Below, piece after piece: positions 52,483 to 61,997 of a stretch of DNA of 64,000 bases. The notes beneath the pieces are model-generated. The model was not told the origin of the DNA. It made no database searches and was given only the letters and a program-made list of their open reading frames with translations. The translations under genes and the position numbers were made by a program. This DNA comes from Eubacterium sp. (GTDB lineage: Bacteria; Bacillota; Clostridia; Lachnospirales; Lachnospiraceae), in contig JAFRWY010000020.1 in the NCBI GenBank assembly GCA_017437905.1, positions 7,632-71,631 of the forward strand. The letters are read 5' to 3'. Within the stretch, counting starts at the first letter, position 1, and the number at the start of each line of letters is the position of its first letter.

Positions 52483-53964
52483 ATGGAAAAGAGAAGCATA
52501 GGTATTAAGAAGATCCTGATCGACTGCGTCCGGTTCTGGTTTCTGCTGGTCCTTTTTGCCGGGGCCGGTGCATTTCTCGGTTACAGGGGAACTCTCTCCT
52601 ATAACCAGGGCATCGACAAGCAGATAAAGGAGAATGAGAAGAAACAGCAGGAAGAACTGGAAGCACAGATGGAACTTACAAAGGATATCGTGGAGGAGAA
52701 GACCTTCACGAAGGAGGAATGTGAGAAGGGGCTTTCCAAGTCGGCCATGAAGGATGTGCAGGAGGCATACCACTGGTACCAGGAGAAGGAGAAACGCCGG
52801 GATTATCTGGAGACATCTCCGTATCTGCAGCTGGATCCCTACAATGTCACGGCTTCTTATCTGCAGTTCCGGGTGAACTATGACGGTGAGAGTGTGGATG
52901 AACTTGATTTTGCATCCTATGTCCATGCACTGAAGAACTATGTGAATTACAACGGACTGGTGGATGATCTGCAGGGAGAGATAGAGACGACCTCCCGTGA
53001 TCTGTCAGAACTGATTTCCTTTGGAGACGGCGGTAAGGATTCCTATGACCGGATCGTACTGATCACTGTGATCCATTCTTCCATTACCGAGGATCTGATC
53101 GACCATATCGGAAAGGCATTTTTGGCATACGGCAATAAGCTTTCGGACACATACCCCGGTTTCTCCGTGGAGAAGATGTCCACCTATCAGGCAAACTATT
53201 ATCACAGCGGTCTGAATTCTTCCATTGAGTCCCAGCGGGCGGCACTGATCTCCGATCAGAACCGTGTGGACAATGCAGTGAAGAAGCTGACCAGCATGCA
53301 GCTGGCTTACTATAATATGCTGATCAACGGCACGGATAAGGAGACTGTGGAGGAGGTCATCCCGGAAGGCGCCACCTCCAAGCGGAAGGCAACCACGGAG
53401 ATTGAAGTCCCCTCAAAGCGCCGGATCCTTCCCATGATGATCCTCGGGGCCGTGGGTGGCTGTATCCTTGCGGTGGTTCTGATCTTCTTCGGAAATCTGC
53501 TCAGCGGAAAGCTCCTGTTCGAGAAGGATCTGACATCAATCTACGGACTTCGTTCCTACGGCGTCCTTCGGGAGAAGGAAAAGAAAGGAATTGCAGGGTT
53601 CCTGCAGCGGGCGGAATATCCGGGAGCGGAACCGGCGGATTCTCCGGCCATGCTGTATCTGCAGCTGAAAGAAGCGGTGGGTGCTTCGGAGAGTAAGGAA
53701 GCCATCCTGATCAGCAGCTCCAAGCTGGGAGAGACGGAAGGCGTGAAGAAACTTGTGGAACTGGCAAAGAAGGACGGCATCGCATTTTCCGTAAAGGATT
53801 CCTTCATCGGAGATCTCTCCGCGGCAGAGGAAGTATTGAAGGGACACCCGGTCTTTATGGTGGAGCAGCTTCACGGTTCAAGACTTTCAAAGGTAGACAG
53901 GATCGCAGCATTCTGTAAGGAGAATAAGGTACAGATCCTGGGAGGAATCTGCGTGGATGCATAG
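52483..53964 (+). CDS. Second PCP (Wzz)-like protein with a degenerate kinase-like tail, paralogous in architecture to 39085..40479
   Basis: TM1 (FWFLLVLFAGAGAFLGY), a helical ectodomain of about 300 aa, TM2 (ILPMMILGAVGGCILAVVLIFF), then a tail whose P-loop position reads LISSSKLGETEGVKK. ATG 52483 is 6 nt after GGAGG. Confidence 0.45.
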   Translation: MEKRSIGIKKILIDCVRFWFLLVLFAGAGAFLGYRGTLSYNQGIDKQIKENEKKQQEELEAQMELTKDIVEEKTFTKEECEKGLSKSAMKDVQEAYHWYQEKEKRRDYLETSPYLQLDPYNVTASYLQFRVNYDGESVDELDFASYVHALKNYVNYNGLVDDLQGEIETTSRDLSELISFGDGGKDSYDRIVLITVIHSSITEDLIDHIGKAFLAYGNKLSDTYPGFSVEKMSTYQANYYHSGLNSSIESQRAALISDQNRVDNAVKKLTSMQLAYYNMLINGTDKETVEEVIPEGATSKRKATTEIEVPSKRRILPMMILGAVGGCILAVVLIFFGNLLSGKLLFEKDLTSIYGLRSYGVLREKEKKGIAGFLQRAEYPGAEPADSPAMLYLQLKEAVGASESKEAILISSSKLGETEGVKKLVELAKKDGIAFSVKDSFIGDLSAAEEVLKGHPVFMVEQLHGSRLSKVDRIAAFCKENKVQILGGICVDA

Positions 53965-53996
53965 AAACCGGTGGATTATAAAAGGAAGGTTGTTAT

Positions 53997-56462
53997 ATGC
54001 GGAAAAGATTTGAAAGAGCAAAAGGCGGTATTCTGGCGGCCGGTCTGGTCGCAGTAATGGGTTGCGGGGTCCCGGCCATGGCGGCGGAATCCGGCAAAGC
54101 AACGGAAGACTTCGTTCTGGAGGAAAACGCCGTACTTACGGATGCAACCGGAACCGGGGAGTCAGAAGAAGATGCAGAGATCACAGGAACGCTGCAGGAC
54201 GGTGCCGTTCTGTATGCTGCCCGGGAGGAAGACACGATTCTGGATGATACGGATCCGGAGGAAGGCGATCCGGAGGAGATCACGGCCGGATTCTTCCAGG
54301 GTGAAGATGGGAATACCTACTACCGGGATGAGGAAGGAACGATCCTTACCGCTGTCATCGTGACCGTGGAGGAGAAGAATTATTACCTGGGTGAAACGGG
54401 AATCCTGCTTAAGTCCGGTGCAGTTCTCTATGACGGCGTGATCTACCGTGCGAACAAGAACGGTGTTCTTTCGGTAAAGTCCGGCTGGGTGGAGATCGAC
54501 GGGAACTGGTATTTTACCACAGTGGAGGGTGTTCCGAAGAAGAGTACCTGGATCAGCGGGAAATACTATATGGATGAGGACGGCATTATGCTGTCGGATA
54601 CGCTCCTTGAATGGAAGGAGAATCTGTATTACCTCGGAACGGACGGGGAAGTGCGGGTTTCGGCCGGCCCCCAGAAATGCGGCGGCGCCTGGTATCTGGT
54701 GGGAGAAGGCGGAGAGATCTACCGGGGAGAACTGGTGGAACTGGACGGGACCATGTATCTGGCTTCTGCGGACGGAACGCTTTTTACCAGCCAGATCGTA
54801 TTTATCGAAGATGAAATGTATTATTATGCCGGTGCGAACGGTGCCTTCCGCACCAAGGCCGGATGGGTCGAGTATGCCGGCGACTGGTATTATCTTGACG
54901 CGGACGGACGCGCAAGATGCAATGCCACTGCAACGGATGCGAAGAAGGTGAAGTATTATCTCGGGGATGACGGAAAGATGGTGAAGAGTGAGATCATCGT
55001 CATCGATGAGGTGATGTATTATGCCGGTGCAAACGGTGCCATTCGCGCAAAACGCGGCTGGCTTAAGATCGGTAACGACTGGTATTTTACGGAGACGGAC
55101 GGTTCCTTCCGAAGAAACCAGTTCGTGGTGGTATCCAGTAAGGAAATGTATTACATGGATGACGTGGGGAAAATGGTCACCAGCACGATCATCATGTATC
55201 AGGATGTCCTCTATTACATCGATGCCGACGGACGGGTGAAGATGAATAAGGGATGGATGAAGATCAAGGGAAGCTGGTACTATGCCATCGGCGACGGAAA
55301 ACTGATGCGAAATGAGATCCTGGAATACAAGGGAAAGCAGTATTTCCTGGGAGATGACGGTCGCATGATCGTCGGTGACGGTGTTGTTACACAGACGAAG
55401 GGATATCTGGCGGATCAGGACGGCGTCCTGACCCCGGCCACCGGCTGGTTCCAATCGGGAGGACTCTGGTATCGCGCAGATAAGAATTCCACACTGTACA
55501 AGGATGTATTTGTTACTGTCGGCGGAAAAGAGTATTATCTCGACATTTTCGGCGTCATGCAGGATAACAACTTCTTCTACTACGGAAGTGATCTCCTGTT
55601 CGCGAAGAAGGGCGGACAGATCCGTAGGACCGGCGGCTGGATGAAGTACAACGAGCACTGGTATTACTCCAATGCCAAGGGCGTATTCTTCCGCGGCGTT
55701 GAGAAGAAGATAAACGGTGTTCGGTATTACTTTAAGGACGACGGAAGTATGCGGGAGAACGCCGAGTATTACTTTACGGGCATCATTCATGATACTGCAT
55801 GGACGGAGATCAACGGTAAGCGGTATCATCTGGATGCAAACGGAAGAGTGGATTCCTGGTTCGGCATCGACATTTCCGGATATCAGGATATCATTGACTG
55901 GGATAAGGTCAAGGCGGACGGCGTGGACTTTGCATTTATCCGTGTCGGCGGACGATTCATGGCTTCCGGTGAGATCTACGACGATAGCAAGGCACTTCGG
56001 AATCTTGCGGAGGCAAACCGGGTAGGCATTCCGGTGGGCGTATATTTCTTCTCACAGGCAATCACCATTGAAGAGGCAATCGAAGAAGCGGATTATGCAC
56101 TTGCGAAGATCCGGGGCTACAATGTGGAGCTGCCGGTGGTCATCGATACGGAGAACACCGACGGCGGACGTCAGAATTATATTACTGCCCAGCTGAGAAC
56201 GGATATCATCAAGGCCTTCTGTGAGCGTGTTGCAGAGGCCGGTTACAGCCCCATGTACTATGCGGGTATGGGATATTGTGTGGACGGCTATGTAAAATAT
56301 GAGCAGCTGTCCCAGTACATGCACTGGTGCGCGCAGTACTGGATCCGGAACCAGTGTGATGAGTACGGCGTGCCGTATCAGATCTGGCAGTACACGGAGA
56401 AAGGAAAGATCAACGGCATCCAGGGTGGCGTGGACTGCAATATCTGGTACAGAAACTATTAA
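53997..56462 (+). CDS. Secreted CW_binding_1 repeat protein with C-terminal GH25 muramidase (LytC-like architecture)
   Basis: Signal peptide, acidic linker and about 550 aa of repeats. The C-terminal domain has GIDISGYQDIIDWDKVKADGVDFAFIRVG ... VVIDTE ... IWQYT, the GH25 signature. Confidence 0.85.
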   Translation: MRKRFERAKGGILAAGLVAVMGCGVPAMAAESGKATEDFVLEENAVLTDATGTGESEEDAEITGTLQDGAVLYAAREEDTILDDTDPEEGDPEEITAGFFQGEDGNTYYRDEEGTILTAVIVTVEEKNYYLGETGILLKSGAVLYDGVIYRANKNGVLSVKSGWVEIDGNWYFTTVEGVPKKSTWISGKYYMDEDGIMLSDTLLEWKENLYYLGTDGEVRVSAGPQKCGGAWYLVGEGGEIYRGELVELDGTMYLASADGTLFTSQIVFIEDEMYYYAGANGAFRTKAGWVEYAGDWYYLDADGRARCNATATDAKKVKYYLGDDGKMVKSEIIVIDEVMYYAGANGAIRAKRGWLKIGNDWYFTETDGSFRRNQFVVVSSKEMYYMDDVGKMVTSTIIMYQDVLYYIDADGRVKMNKGWMKIKGSWYYAIGDGKLMRNEILEYKGKQYFLGDDGRMIVGDGVVTQTKGYLADQDGVLTPATGWFQSGGLWYRADKNSTLYKDVFVTVGGKEYYLDIFGVMQDNNFFYYGSDLLFAKKGGQIRRTGGWMKYNEHWYYSNAKGVFFRGVEKKINGVRYYFKDDGSMRENAEYYFTGIIHDTAWTEINGKRYHLDANGRVDSWFGIDISGYQDIIDWDKVKADGVDFAFIRVGGRFMASGEIYDDSKALRNLAEANRVGIPVGVYFFSQAITIEEAIEEADYALAKIRGYNVELPVVIDTENTDGGRQNYITAQLRTDIIKAFCERVAEAGYSPMYYAGMGYCVDGYVKYEQLSQYMHWCAQYWIRNQCDEYGVPYQIWQYTEKGKINGIQGGVDCNIWYRNY

Positions 56463-56501
56463 AACCGTCCTGTTTCGGGGACGAGGTGACTGAGGGAAAC
56501 T

Positions 56502-59465
56502 ATGCGTAAATTCGTGAAATGGTCAATCCGGCTGATTCTTCTCGGAGCATTTGTCATGCATTGCTCCGGGGAGGCGTATGCCGATACGCCGGATACGTAT
56601 CCGGAAGTGGCGGAGTCGGTCCTGTCCGGTGAGAAGGAATATCAGGGCCTGATTTTACAAATGAATTTCGGAACGGATGATATTGTGACCGGCCCGGCGG
56701 ATGATGCCGCGGAGGATACTACAGGCGGACCGGCGGATGACACCACGGACGAAATGGCAGGCGGTCCCGCGGGTTTTGCCGGGGATGACACGGCAGGCGG
56801 TCCCGCGGACGGTATTACAGGCGGCCCCGCGGACGACATCACGGCTGACACAACAGGCGGACCGGCAGATGATACCATGGCCGGTTCTTCTGATACACTG
56901 ACAAATGACCGGACAGAAGATCTTTCGAAGGATCCCGCAGACGATCAGACCGATCATCTGGCGGCTGCATCAGCAGACCATACGACGGACGAGATGGCGG
57001 ATGATCCCGAGGATGACCTGAAGGATGATCCCGAAGGCGATCTTTCGGATGATTCCGAACCGGAAGCCACCATCGGAAAACTGGGGACTTCGGTATTTGA
57101 ATCCGGAAACCGGATCTGGTTTTACAATGTGGCCGGCGGTCTGACCAACGCGGAATTTATCATAGTGGAATCAGACGGTCACTGGGGGATCATCGATGCG
57201 GGTCACCGGTATTCGCCGGAACCATTGGTGGATTCGGACGGGACGGAATATGAGGTCCCATTTTATTATGAGGACGGAACCCTGGCGGCCTTTTCCGTAC
57301 AGGCGGAAGGCAGAAACGGAAGGGATGCGGCACTTTACATGATCGAGACACTGGGTGTGTCTCATTTGGATTTTATTATCGGAACGCATGGGCATTCCGA
57401 TCACAGCGGCGGAATTCCGGACGTGGCGGGGCTCCTGGTAGAGGATGAGGATGGCATTCATCCCTTTGTGGATGAACAGACGGTCTATATTCATAAGAAA
57501 TATCAGCATGTAGGTCCGCTGAATGACGATTTGGGAGAAGAGAAGAACGAGCAGTCCTGGCACAATCAGGCCTTTGTTTATCAGGCAGAGAAGACCGTTG
57601 CGGATCAGGGTGGTCAGGTAGTGGATATCAGTCACGGACTGATCACCGGAAATGTCATGCGCGAAGCCGAGCAGGAGGAAATGGACTACAGTGAGATCCT
57701 GGCAGGGATCGAAGCCGGGGCGGGAATCTCCAACGTGGTATATGACCAGCGGGAACTGAATGATTATTTTGATGATTACATCGAATTTCAGTTTGGGGAT
57801 TTCAATATCCGGCTTTACAATCTGTATTCGATCTATAAACCCTCGGATGAGAACACAAACTGTATTGTGACGGTGATCTCCGATGGGAAAAATGCATTTT
57901 ATTCCGGCGCGGATCTGGATGCTACGTATCTGGTACAGCAGCGTGTGGCAAATGCGGTCTATGCGGACTACGGGCATATCGATATGGTGAAGACCCATCA
58001 TCACGGTGTTGTGGTTGCAAATACCAAGGAGTTTCTGGACCTCTTCCAGCCGTCGGTATCCATCAACGCTTCCTGGAGAAGTATATCCGACATCATGGCG
58101 AACAGCTATGCAGCGGGTATTCACTATTCGAAGAAGCATTATGGAACCGTATATTATGAGGTGGGTTCCTCTGACAAGGGACTTGTGGTTGAGTTCGGGG
58201 AAGAAGGACTGGAGTTAAAGCAGCTTTTCAACGAAGGCGCGGAGGCTTCCTTCGGTTCGCCGGAGAACTGCATCAATCAGTCACCCGTTCAGGAAGGATG
58301 GGCGGAGTGGATCACCGGAAAATACGCCGGAACCCTGAATGATTTCTTATATTTTATTGAAAATGAGCCGGTGACCGGATGGATGGAACTGGAGGAAGGA
58401 ACCTTCTTCTTCGATGAAGACGGTTTTATGTTCCGGGGCTGGCTGGAGGATCAGGGGGAGACCTACTTCTTCAGGAATGACGGAACCATGTTCACCGGCT
58501 GGAAGAAGGTGGAGGACGGATATTTTTATTTCAATCCGGAGACCGGTGCTTCCGTTCACGGCTGGGTGGCGGATGATACCGGAACCTATTTTCTTCTGCT
58601 GACACAGCAGCTGTTGACCGGCTTCCATATGATCGACGGGGAAGGATACTATTTCCGTGAGAACGGAGCCATGAAAACCGGCTGGGTACAGACGGAGGAC
58701 GGCTGGCGGTTTTTTGATGAATTTGGACGGATGATGGACGGACTGACCGGCATCGATGGGAAGACGTATTACCTTGAGAACGGTGTACTCACCACCGGCT
58801 GGGCCGAGGTGGAAGGTTCCACCTACTGGATCGGATCTGACGGTGCGGTAGCCACCGGCTGGCAGCGGATCGGCAGCGGAATCTATTATTTCGGAGAAGA
58901 CGGATGCATGGTTACCGGGTGGTTCCGCGTTGACGGAACCTGGTTCCACAGTACGGAGTCCGGCAGACGGGAAGACGGCTGGTTTACGGACGAAAGCGGA
59001 ACCTATTATCTGGATGGTGAATACGGCCTGCAGAAGGGCTGGCTGTCTCTCGGGGAGAATACCTATTATCTCGGGACCTCCGGGAAGATGGTCACCGGAT
59101 GGAAGTATCTGGCCGGCGACTGGCATTTCTTCAATGAGAAGGGTGTTATGGTAAAGGGCTGGTTCCGGACAGGCGGAGCATGGTACTTTGCCGACCGGGG
59201 AGGCTGCATGAGGACTGGCTGGCAGAAACTGGGAACGCGGTGGTATTTCTTCCGCTCCGATGGACGCATGAAGACCGGATGGATCCGGTCGGAGGGGCAA
59301 TGGTTGTATCTGAATGAAACGGACGGTTTCGTGACCACCGGCTGGAAACAGATCGGAGAGGACTGGTACTATTTTGAAAAGAGCGGCTTCATGGTGACAG
59401 GAAGCCAGACCATTAACGGAAAGACCTGGGAGTTCCGGGCGGACGGAACCCTGATTCAGGAATAA
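56502..59465 (+). CDS. Secreted metallo-beta-lactamase-fold hydrolase with C-terminal CW_binding_1 repeats (Pce/CbpE-like architecture)
   Basis: Signal peptide and a GGPADD-type acidic repeat linker. The MBL core has FIIVESDGHWGIIDAG, IIGTHGHSDHSGG and MVKTHHHG. About 400 aa of repeats follow (GWMELEEGTFFFDEDGFMFRGW ...). Confidence 0.8.
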   Translation: MRKFVKWSIRLILLGAFVMHCSGEAYADTPDTYPEVAESVLSGEKEYQGLILQMNFGTDDIVTGPADDAAEDTTGGPADDTTDEMAGGPAGFAGDDTAGGPADGITGGPADDITADTTGGPADDTMAGSSDTLTNDRTEDLSKDPADDQTDHLAAASADHTTDEMADDPEDDLKDDPEGDLSDDSEPEATIGKLGTSVFESGNRIWFYNVAGGLTNAEFIIVESDGHWGIIDAGHRYSPEPLVDSDGTEYEVPFYYEDGTLAAFSVQAEGRNGRDAALYMIETLGVSHLDFIIGTHGHSDHSGGIPDVAGLLVEDEDGIHPFVDEQTVYIHKKYQHVGPLNDDLGEEKNEQSWHNQAFVYQAEKTVADQGGQVVDISHGLITGNVMREAEQEEMDYSEILAGIEAGAGISNVVYDQRELNDYFDDYIEFQFGDFNIRLYNLYSIYKPSDENTNCIVTVISDGKNAFYSGADLDATYLVQQRVANAVYADYGHIDMVKTHHHGVVVANTKEFLDLFQPSVSINASWRSISDIMANSYAAGIHYSKKHYGTVYYEVGSSDKGLVVEFGEEGLELKQLFNEGAEASFGSPENCINQSPVQEGWAEWITGKYAGTLNDFLYFIENEPVTGWMELEEGTFFFDEDGFMFRGWLEDQGETYFFRNDGTMFTGWKKVEDGYFYFNPETGASVHGWVADDTGTYFLLLTQQLLTGFHMIDGEGYYFRENGAMKTGWVQTEDGWRFFDEFGRMMDGLTGIDGKTYYLENGVLTTGWAEVEGSTYWIGSDGAVATGWQRIGSGIYYFGEDGCMVTGWFRVDGTWFHSTESGRREDGWFTDESGTYYLDGEYGLQKGWLSLGENTYYLGTSGKMVTGWKYLAGDWHFFNEKGVMVKGWFRTGGAWYFADRGGCMRTGWQKLGTRWYFFRSDGRMKTGWIRSEGQWLYLNETDGFVTTGWKQIGEDWYYFEKSGFMVTGSQTINGKTWEFRADGTLIQE
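56688..56885 (+). repeat. In-frame GGPADD-type acidic repeat tract
   Basis: TGPADDAAEDTTGGPADDTTDEMAGGPAGFAGDDTAGGPADGITGGPADDITADTTGGPADDTMAG, followed by further Asp-rich sequence to about 57070. Confidence 0.9.
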
Positions 59466-59484
59466 CCGTACGAGGAAGCAGAGA

Positions 59485-60612
59485 ATGGAATTTCGTGATC
59501 TGAGAAGACAATATGAGATACTGAAGGAAGGAATCGATCAGCGGATCGAAGATGTAATTACATCGAGCAGGTTTATATCCGGCCCGGAGGTAAAGGAACT
59601 GGAGCAGGCGCTGGCAGACTATACGGGAACCGGGTACTGTGTCGCCTGTGCAAACGGGACAGACGCACTGACGCTGGCATGTATGGTCTGGCAGGTGGGC
59701 CCAGGGGATGCGGTGTTCGTTCCGGATTTCACATTCTTCTCCAGCGGAGAATCTCCGGCTGCCCTGGGTGCCCATGTGGTATTTGTGGATGTGGAGCCGG
59801 ATACCTTCAATATGGATCCGGATCGTCTGGAACAGGCGGTTCTGGAAGTGGAACGGGAAGGAAAGTACCGCCCGAAGGTGGTTGTGGCAGTGGATCTCTT
59901 CGGACAGCCGGCCGATATGGACCGGATCCGTCCGATCTGTGACAGGTACGGGATGTATCTGCTGGAGGACGGGGCCCAGGGCTTTGGCGGTGAGATCCGC
60001 GGGAAAAAGGCCTGCAGTTTCGGGGACATCTCCACCACCAGCTTCTTCCCTGCAAAGCCGCTGGGCTGCTACGGAGACGGCGGAGCCATATTTACCGATC
60101 GTGCAGAGTGGGCGGACCTGCTCCGGAGTTACTGCGTGCACGGAAAGAGTCCTGTCAGCAAGTATGACAATCTCCGCCTGGGCATGAACAGCCGGCTGGA
60201 TACGTTACAGGCAGCGATCCTGCTTCCGAAGCTGGAGGCATTTCGTTCCGGTGAGGTCGAAGCCGTGAACCTGGTGGCAGACTGGTACCGTGAAGCATTT
60301 GCCGGATCGGAGCTTATCCTGCCCACCGTAAAGGAAGGGTACCTCAGCAGTTGGGCACAGTATACGGTTCAGCTCCCGGAGGGTACGGACCGTGATGCTG
60401 TACAGCAGAGAATGAAAGAGGCGGGAATTCCCACCATGGTATATTATATGAAGCCCATGCATCTGCAGGGGGCATTTGCGGGAACGGGAAGTGAGAAGGC
60501 AGACTGTCCGGTGACGGAGCGGCTCTGCAAATGTGTTCTCAGTCTTCCCATGCACCCGTATATGACAAAGGAAGAAGCGGAAACGGTAGCAAAGGAGCTT
60601 TTGAAGCAGTGA
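59485..60612 (+). CDS. DegT-family PLP aminotransferase (WbpE/WlbC-like)
   Basis: The N-terminus FRDLRRQYEILKEGIDQRIEDVITSSRFISGPEVKELEQALADYTGTGYCVACANGTDAL is collinear with P. aeruginosa WbpE. The Lys context is TTSFFPAKPLGCYGDGGA. Confidence 0.85.
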   Translation: MEFRDLRRQYEILKEGIDQRIEDVITSSRFISGPEVKELEQALADYTGTGYCVACANGTDALTLACMVWQVGPGDAVFVPDFTFFSSGESPAALGAHVVFVDVEPDTFNMDPDRLEQAVLEVEREGKYRPKVVVAVDLFGQPADMDRIRPICDRYGMYLLEDGAQGFGGEIRGKKACSFGDISTTSFFPAKPLGCYGDGGAIFTDRAEWADLLRSYCVHGKSPVSKYDNLRLGMNSRLDTLQAAILLPKLEAFRSGEVEAVNLVADWYREAFAGSELILPTVKEGYLSSWAQYTVQLPEGTDRDAVQQRMKEAGIPTMVYYMKPMHLQGAFAGTGSEKADCPVTERLCKCVLSLPMHPYMTKEEAETVAKELLKQ

Positions 60613-61997
60613 GACAACAGGCTCGTCTCAGAATGGTGATGGCGTCGCTGCTGATCCTGGCATCCGCCATACCGAATCTGGGAAATGAATTGAATATTTT
60701 AGGCTCGTTCCTGAATTTCTACCGGCTGATGGTGGTCTTTCTGGCCATGATCACGCTGATCGTTTTTCGGGGAGAGCTTCGGATCACGGAGCGGCGCAGC
60801 TTTCTTCTGTGGATGGGATTCCTCAGCTGCTGGCTTTTCTACGGGGTCCTTCTTTTGCTGCTGTCTCCCTATGCGGAGGCGGAGCGGGGAACCAGGGAGC
60901 TTTTCTCCATCCTCTGCGGTCTGCTCAGCTTCTATATTCTATCGAACCTGAAGCTTTCGGAACGGGAGATCGAGAGCGTCTTCCGGGTGATGTTCTGGGT
61001 TCTGGCGGCCATGCTGGTGCTCGGAGCCTGGGAGATCATTACCGGAAACCATCTTTCCTCTTCGATGTTCAATGATCCTGCGAATGAGGTGGCGTGGCGT
61101 GTGGATACCCATTCCGCTACGGGCTTCCTTTACAATGTCAATGATTATTCGGCCCTGATCACCCTGATGCTTCCTGTGGTGGTTGGAAGATACCGGATCG
61201 TATTCCGGAGAGGATATCTGGATCCCGGCTGGTTCCTGATCATCGCAACGGCGGTGATCAACCGTGTGAACGATGCCAATTTCTGCAACGCGGCGCTGGT
61301 GGTAGGTGTGTTTACCTATATTCTCCTGCATATGGGAGGAGACCGGCGGCGGAAAGGCTGGGTGCTGGTGGCAGCCACCGTGCTCCTGACGGGTCTTTTG
61401 GTAATGTATTTCCTGAATGACGGGGAAAGTGAAAATGTGGTCTCCCGGACCATGGATCTGGTCTCCAGAAGTGCCGAAGGAACCGGCTCCCTTCATTCCA
61501 GACTTCTGATCTACCGGGATGCGCTTTCCGCCGGCTGGTTGTCAGGCTTCCTCGGTATGGGTCCCGGCGGGTTCTCTCTTTATTATACAGAGAATCCTTC
61601 CGATTCGGGCTTTATCAACCCCCACAGTCTGCTGCTGGAGATCTTCTCCGAATACGGACTGATCATTGTGCTGCTGTTCATAGTCCTTCTTGTCCTGCTG
61701 TTCCGGAACATGCACCGGATCTTCCTTGTATCCAAGGATCCGACAAGGAGAGTGTGGGGACAGACGGGTATGATCTGGATCATAACATATCTGATCGTGT
61801 CCTTTGCTTCCAGCAATTATCTGCCGAACTCCTTCCACTGGACCCTTCTGGCGCTGATCTGCCTGATGAAGGAAACCATACGGGAGGAAGAACCGGAGAT
61901 TTTTGCCCGTGAATTTGAGAAGAAGGAGAGTTACGCAAATGAAGGTCTGTCATATAACCAGCGCGCATCCGCAGGAGGATATCCGGATATTCCATAA
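60609..61997 (+). CDS. Second Wzy / O-antigen-ligase-family polytopic membrane protein
   Basis: About 10-12 TM helices and NPHSLLLEIFSEYGLIIVLLFIVLL (Wzy_C-like). GTG 60609 (GTGA overlap with the upstream stop, AAGGAG 11 nt upstream) or ATG 60633 are both possible starts. The tracked ATG 60531 is unlikely. Confidence 0.65.
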   Translation: MRQQARLRMVMASLLILASAIPNLGNELNILGSFLNFYRLMVVFLAMITLIVFRGELRITERRSFLLWMGFLSCWLFYGVLLLLLSPYAEAERGTRELFSILCGLLSFYILSNLKLSEREIESVFRVMFWVLAAMLVLGAWEIITGNHLSSSMFNDPANEVAWRVDTHSATGFLYNVNDYSALITLMLPVVVGRYRIVFRRGYLDPGWFLIIATAVINRVNDANFCNAALVVGVFTYILLHMGGDRRRKGWVLVAATVLLTGLLVMYFLNDGESENVVSRTMDLVSRSAEGTGSLHSRLLIYRDALSAGWLSGFLGMGPGGFSLYYTENPSDSGFINPHSLLLEIFSEYGLIIVLLFIVLLVLLFRNMHRIFLVSKDPTRRVWGQTGMIWIITYLIVSFASSNYLPNSFHWTLLALICLMKETIREEEPEIFAREFEKKESYANEGLSYNQRASAGGYPDIP

